A stretch of DNA of 64,000 nt. Origin: Thermodesulfobacteriota bacterium. GTDB taxonomy: Bacteria; Desulfobacterota_D; UBA1144; Nemesobacterales; UBA2774. The notes under the pieces were generated by a model. It made no database searches. It was not told the origin of the DNA and saw nothing but the letters and a program-made list of their open reading frames with translations. Shown one piece after another: positions 60,579 to 64,000 of this stretch. The stretch is taken from assembly GCA_965223335.1 (NCBI GenBank), contig OZ244991.1:1696001-1760000 (forward strand). Reading direction: 5' to 3'. The translations under genes and the position numbers were made by a program. Position 1 is the stretch's first letter. Every line of letters starts with the position of its first letter.

Positions 60579-60998
60579 ATGCTGCAACCCTCAAGAACTA
60601 AATATAGAAAACTACATAAGGGAAGGATAAGAGGACGCGCAACCAAGGGTGCATCCCTTGCGTTCGGAGAGATGGGTCTTCAAGCCATGGAGTGCGGCAA
60701 GCTCACCTCACGCCAAATCGAGGCGGCCAGGATTGCTATTACTCGACATGTGAAACGCGGAGCTAAACTCTGGATCCGAGTGTTTCCTCACAAGGCTATC
60801 ACAAAGAAACCTGCCGAGACCCGGATGGGTAAGGGTAAAGGTGATGTAGACAGTTACGTGGCACCGATTAAAAAAGGCACTATGATCTACGAAATAAGCG
60901 GGCTTTCACTAGAGCTTGCGAAAGAGGCATTTAGGCTGGCTGCTCACAAGCTCCCTGTCAAGACCAGGGTAGTAACTAGAGATAGGGGAGTATTGTAG
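60579..60998 (+). CDS. rplP: 50S ribosomal protein L16
   Basis: P.RTKYRK, RMGKGKG. Confidence 0.97.
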   Translation: MLQPSRTKYRKLHKGRIRGRATKGASLAFGEMGLQAMECGKLTSRQIEAARIAITRHVKRGAKLWIRVFPHKAITKKPAETRMGKGKGDVDSYVAPIKKGTMIYEISGLSLELAKEAFRLAAHKLPVKTRVVTRDRGVL

Positions 60999-61000
60999 AG

Positions 61001-61204
61001 ATGAAAGCAAGTGATATAAGGGGTTTAAGCCCCGAAGATCTTGAAACCAGAGAGAACGAAATCAGAGATGAACTATTCAATCTCAAGCTCCAGGTTGTCA
61101 CACAGCAGACCACCAATGTATCGCGTCTCAAGCTGCTAAGGCGAGACCTGGCAAGGGTACTCACGGTAAAAAAAGAAAAGGAGCTCGAACCCAAGGGAGA
61201 TTAA
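61001..61204 (+). CDS. rpmC: 50S ribosomal protein L29
   Basis: ELFNLK, RRDLARVLT; position in S10 operon. Confidence 0.93.
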   Translation: MKASDIRGLSPEDLETRENEIRDELFNLKLQVVTQQTTNVSRLKLLRRDLARVLTVKKEKELEPKGD

Positions 61205-61210
61205 CGCATC

Positions 61211-61510
61211 ATGGCCAGAGGTAAAATACAATCAAGAATCGGTGTAGTTGTGGGCAACAAGATGGATAAAACCGTCATTGTTGATGTAATCCGCACAAAA
61301 AAGCACCCTAGATACAATAAACCGATAAAGCTCAATTCTAAATTTAAGGCTCATGATGAATCAGGGGAATGCAAAGTGGGAGACAAGGTCATAATAGTAG
61401 GCTCGCGACCCTATAGCAAAACTAAGAGGTGGAGAGTAACAAAGGTAATTGAGCAGAGCAAATTAATTGAAGACGAGTTGTCTCCCGAAGCCGAACAAGG
61501 AGGAGTGTAG
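61211..61510 (+). CDS. rpsQ: 30S ribosomal protein S17
   Basis: KMDKT, HP.Y.K, AHDE, SRP.SKTKRW. Confidence 0.95.
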   Translation: MARGKIQSRIGVVVGNKMDKTVIVDVIRTKKHPRYNKPIKLNSKFKAHDESGECKVGDKVIIVGSRPYSKTKRWRVTKVIEQSKLIEDELSPEAEQGGV

Positions 61511-61513
61511 AAG

Positions 61514-61882
61514 GTGATTCAATCAACTAGCTATCTTGATTCGGCCGATAACACAGGAGCAAAGAGACTTTACTGCATTAAAGTACTCGGGGGCTCCGGT
61601 CGTAAATACGCAAGACTGGGCGACATAGTAGTAGTCTCTATAAAAGAGGCCATACCGAATGCCAAGGTTGATAAAGGTGCGGTACACAAAGCTGTTATAG
61701 TGAGAACACGCAAAGAACAGAGAAGGACCGACGGTTCCTACGTCAGGTTCGATAACAACGCAGCAGTGCTTATTACTAAAGAGAACGAACCCATGGGTAC
61801 AAGGGTGTTCGGCCCTATAGCCAGGGAACTCCGTGTAAAGGGGTTTATGAAAATTATATCGTTAGCACCGGAGGTTGTGTAA
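61514..61882 (+). CDS. rplN: 50S ribosomal protein L14
   Basis: ADNTGA, FDNNAAV, GTRVFGP, SLAPEV. Confidence 0.97.
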   Translation: MIQSTSYLDSADNTGAKRLYCIKVLGGSGRKYARLGDIVVVSIKEAIPNAKVDKGAVHKAVIVRTRKEQRRTDGSYVRFDNNAAVLITKENEPMGTRVFGPIARELRVKGFMKIISLAPEVV

Positions 61883-61883
61883 A

Positions 61884-62240
61884 TTGGCTAGTACTAAATC
61901 TTCTCAAACCCAAGGTGCACGCAAGCGGGGTCGAATAAAAGTGGGCGACACTGTTTATGTTACGGCCGGTAAGGAAAAGGGAAAGACCGGCAAGGTAATC
62001 AAGATCGAGCACGGCAAGCAAAGGGCTTTGGTCGAGAAGCTAAACATAGTGAAGCGCCACTCCAAACCCACACAGCAAAACCCCACTGGCGGAATAGCCG
62101 AGAAAGAGGCACCAATACATATCTCCAATCTCATGTTCTATGATGAGAGCGAGAGTGCCCCCTCAAGGGTCGGGTTTAAGGTGCTAAATGGTGGGGAAAA
62201 AGTTAGAATCAGCAAAAAAAGCGGAGAGGAGATTAAGTAG
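61884..62240 (+). CDS. rplX: 50S ribosomal protein L24
   Basis: KOW motif GDTV.V.AGKEKGK.G, EAPIHISN; likely TTG start 61884. Confidence 0.95.
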   Translation: MASTKSSQTQGARKRGRIKVGDTVYVTAGKEKGKTGKVIKIEHGKQRALVEKLNIVKRHSKPTQQNPTGGIAEKEAPIHISNLMFYDESESAPSRVGFKVLNGGEKVRISKKSGEEIK

Positions 62241-62795
62241 ATGAGTCCTCGCTTAAAAGAAGAATATAGAGAAAAATTGGCTCCTGCACTCAAAGATAAG
62301 TTCGAGTATAAAAACGCTATGCAGGTGCCCCGATTGGAAAAGGTAGTGATTAATATGGGGCTTGGGAGGCTAAGCGATGCAGGAAGGGATACAAAAATAG
62401 TCGATCAGGCTGCCGAGGAACTGGCACAGATTACCGGTCAAAAACCTGTGGTTACAATAGCCAGGAAGTCCATAGCGGGTTTTAAACTGAGAGAGGGTGT
62501 GCCCATAGGGTGCAGAGTCACACTCCGGGGCGATATTATGTATGAGTTTATGGATAGGTTAATTAACCTCGCACTCCCCCGTGTAAGGGATTTCAGGGGT
62601 GTTAAAACCGGTGCCTTTGACGGCAGGGGTAACTATACCCTCGGTGTTAAAGAGCAGATTATCTTTCCTGAGATCGACTACAGCAAGGTCCAGGTTGTAA
62701 AGGGCATGAATATAACAATAAACACGACAGCCAATACGGATGACGAGGCCAGAGGGCTTTTGGAAGAGTTTGGAATGCCGTTTGCAAAAAACTAG
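62241..62795 (+). CDS. rplE: 50S ribosomal protein L5
   Basis: [28 protein letters not shown]. Confidence 0.97.
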   Translation: MSPRLKEEYREKLAPALKDKFEYKNAMQVPRLEKVVINMGLGRLSDAGRDTKIVDQAAEELAQITGQKPVVTIARKSIAGFKLREGVPIGCRVTLRGDIMYEFMDRLINLALPRVRDFRGVKTGAFDGRGNYTLGVKEQIIFPEIDYSKVQVVKGMNITINTTANTDDEARGLLEEFGMPFAKN

Positions 62796-62806
62796 TGAGG
62801 TATTAA

Positions 62807-62992
62807 ATGACGCGTAAATCACTGCTCGAGAAGTCTAAGAGAGAGCCAAAGTTCAAGGTCAGGGCCGGCAACAGGTGTCCGCTTTGCGGAAGACCTCGCG
62901 GGTTTATGCGCAGGTTCAACATGTGCAGACTATGTTTTAGAGACTTGGCTAGTTTTGGGCGTATCCCGGGTGTAAGAAAATCTAGTTGGTAA
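62807..62992 (+). CDS. rpsN: 30S ribosomal protein S14 (short zinc-binding type Z)
   Basis: [20 protein letters not shown]; 61 aa. Confidence 0.96.
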   Translation: MTRKSLLEKSKREPKFKVRAGNRCPLCGRPRGFMRRFNMCRLCFRDLASFGRIPGVRKSSW

Positions 62993-63040
62993 GATTTTTA
63001 GAATAAATTGGTAAAACTAATAAATAAGGGGTATGTGTAA

Positions 63041-63439
63041 ATGACCGATCCTCTTTCGGATATGTTAACAAGAATTAGAAATGCAATAATAGCTGGGCAC
63101 AAGACCGTGTCTATTCCTACTTCTAAACTAAAGACCGAGATTGCAAGAATACTTAGGGAAGAGGGTTATATAAGCGACTACCGTAGTGCGACTGACAGTG
63201 CGACCCAAAGGGAAGTGATCACAGTGAGCATCGCCTACACACCCGAGGGAGAAAGTGTCATCCAAGAGCTCAAGAGATTAAGCAAACCGAGCAACAGGCT
63301 CTATGTGAATAAAAACGAGATACCTAGGATTAAGGGTGGACTGGGTGTATGCATACTGTCCACATCTAAAGGGATTATGACGGGCTCCGCAGCCAGACAG
63401 CAGGGCATAGGCGGCGAGCTCATATGTTCTGTATTATGA
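63041..63439 (+). CDS. rpsH: 30S ribosomal protein S8
   Basis: TDP.SDMLTRIRNA, ILSTSKG, GGELIC. Confidence 0.97.
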   Translation: MTDPLSDMLTRIRNAIIAGHKTVSIPTSKLKTEIARILREEGYISDYRSATDSATQREVITVSIAYTPEGESVIQELKRLSKPSNRLYVNKNEIPRIKGGLGVCILSTSKGIMTGSAARQQGIGGELICSVL

Positions 63440-63449
63440 GGATTTTATA

Positions 63450-64000
63450 ATGTCTAGAATTGGTAGAAAACCTATAAAGGTTGAAGACGGAGTAAAGGTT
63501 AATATTAAAAACGGAGCCATAGAAGTAGAGGGCTCAAAGGGCAAGTTGTCCACACCGATACCCGAGGGTATAGAGGTTCGGGTTGAGGACACAAACATAG
63601 TGGTCAAAAGAAACAGTGAAGAGAAGAGGTTTAAAGCGCTCCATGGGCTTACCCGGTCGCTGGTTGCAAACATGGTTACGGGTGTAAGCAGCGGTTTTAC
63701 ACGCACGCTCGACATAGTGGGTGTGGGTTACAGGGCAGAGGCCCAGGGCAAAAATGGCCTTAAGCTTAACCTCGGGTACTCAAACCCCATTGACTACACA
63801 CTGCCCGACGGGGTAGCGGCCCAGATTGAAGAAAGAGGCACAAAAATCATACTAAGCGGTATCGATAAGCAAATTGTGGGCGAAGCAGCTGCGCGTATCA
63901 GAAAGTTGAGACCACCCGACTCCTATAAGGGCAAAGGGGTCAGGTATTCGGACGAGTCGCTCAGACTCAAACCCGGAAAGGCCGGGGCTGCTGCTAAGAC
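63450..64000 (+). CDS. rplF: 50S ribosomal protein L6 (runs off window end; not in ORF track)
   Basis: MSRIGRKPI..., GVGYRA, RPPDSYKGKGVRY; no stop before 64000. Confidence 0.95.
   Translation, partial: MSRIGRKPIKVEDGVKVNIKNGAIEVEGSKGKLSTPIPEGIEVRVEDTNIVVKRNSEEKRFKALHGLTRSLVANMVTGVSSGFTRTLDIVGVGYRAEAQGKNGLKLNLGYSNPIDYTLPDGVAAQIEERGTKIILSGIDKQIVGEAAARIRKLRPPDSYKGKGVRYSDESLRLKPGKAGAAAK

Noticed and set aside
1..64000. CRISPR arrays, IS elements, prophage or defence systems
   Set aside because: No regularly spaced repeats, transposases, integrases or defence-like domains were recognised by reading the sequence and ORFs.

Overview
This is a 64 kb, prophage-free segment of a bacterial chromosome with moderate GC and deltaproteobacteria-like proteins. 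A Desulfobacterota/Dadabacteria-type host is my impression only and is unverified. It carries housekeeping genes (tRNA-Pro, a LonC-type protease, recG, sucAB, aspS, era, hisIE, rpoZ, ssb, glmUS, purD, and the str-S10-spc ribosomal cluster, which runs off the right end in rplF). It also has a Gld-type ABC system, an arylsulfate sulfotransferase and an AT-rich Wzm/Wzt polysaccharide locus. No CRISPR array, integrase or transposase was seen. Four things stand out. (1) An overlapping three-gene unit joins an FpoF/FrhB-type (F420-hydrogenase beta-like, 2x[4Fe-4S]) protein to a 2-oxoacid:ferredoxin oxidoreductase alpha/beta pair, directly upstream of sucAB. It is a candidate 2-oxoacid:F420 (or other acceptor) oxidoreductase. 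(2) A divergent RpoD/RpoS-like sigma factor gene and its neighbour, a small acidic secreted protein gene, share a hidden duplicated sigma-54 promoter layout: a -24/-12 box with a pair of 16-bp palindromic enhancer-like sites 83-85 bp upstream. This suggests an RpoN-to-alternative-sigma cascade. (3) Two tandem FmdB-like zinc-ribbon proteins have their CxxC pairs split by an equal-length ~75 aa inserted domain. (4) The glycan locus has a GT4 with a WbdD-like coiled-coil tail next to a methyltransferase and a Wzt with a C-terminal domain, faced by a eukaryote-type UDP-galactopyranose mutase-like gene.
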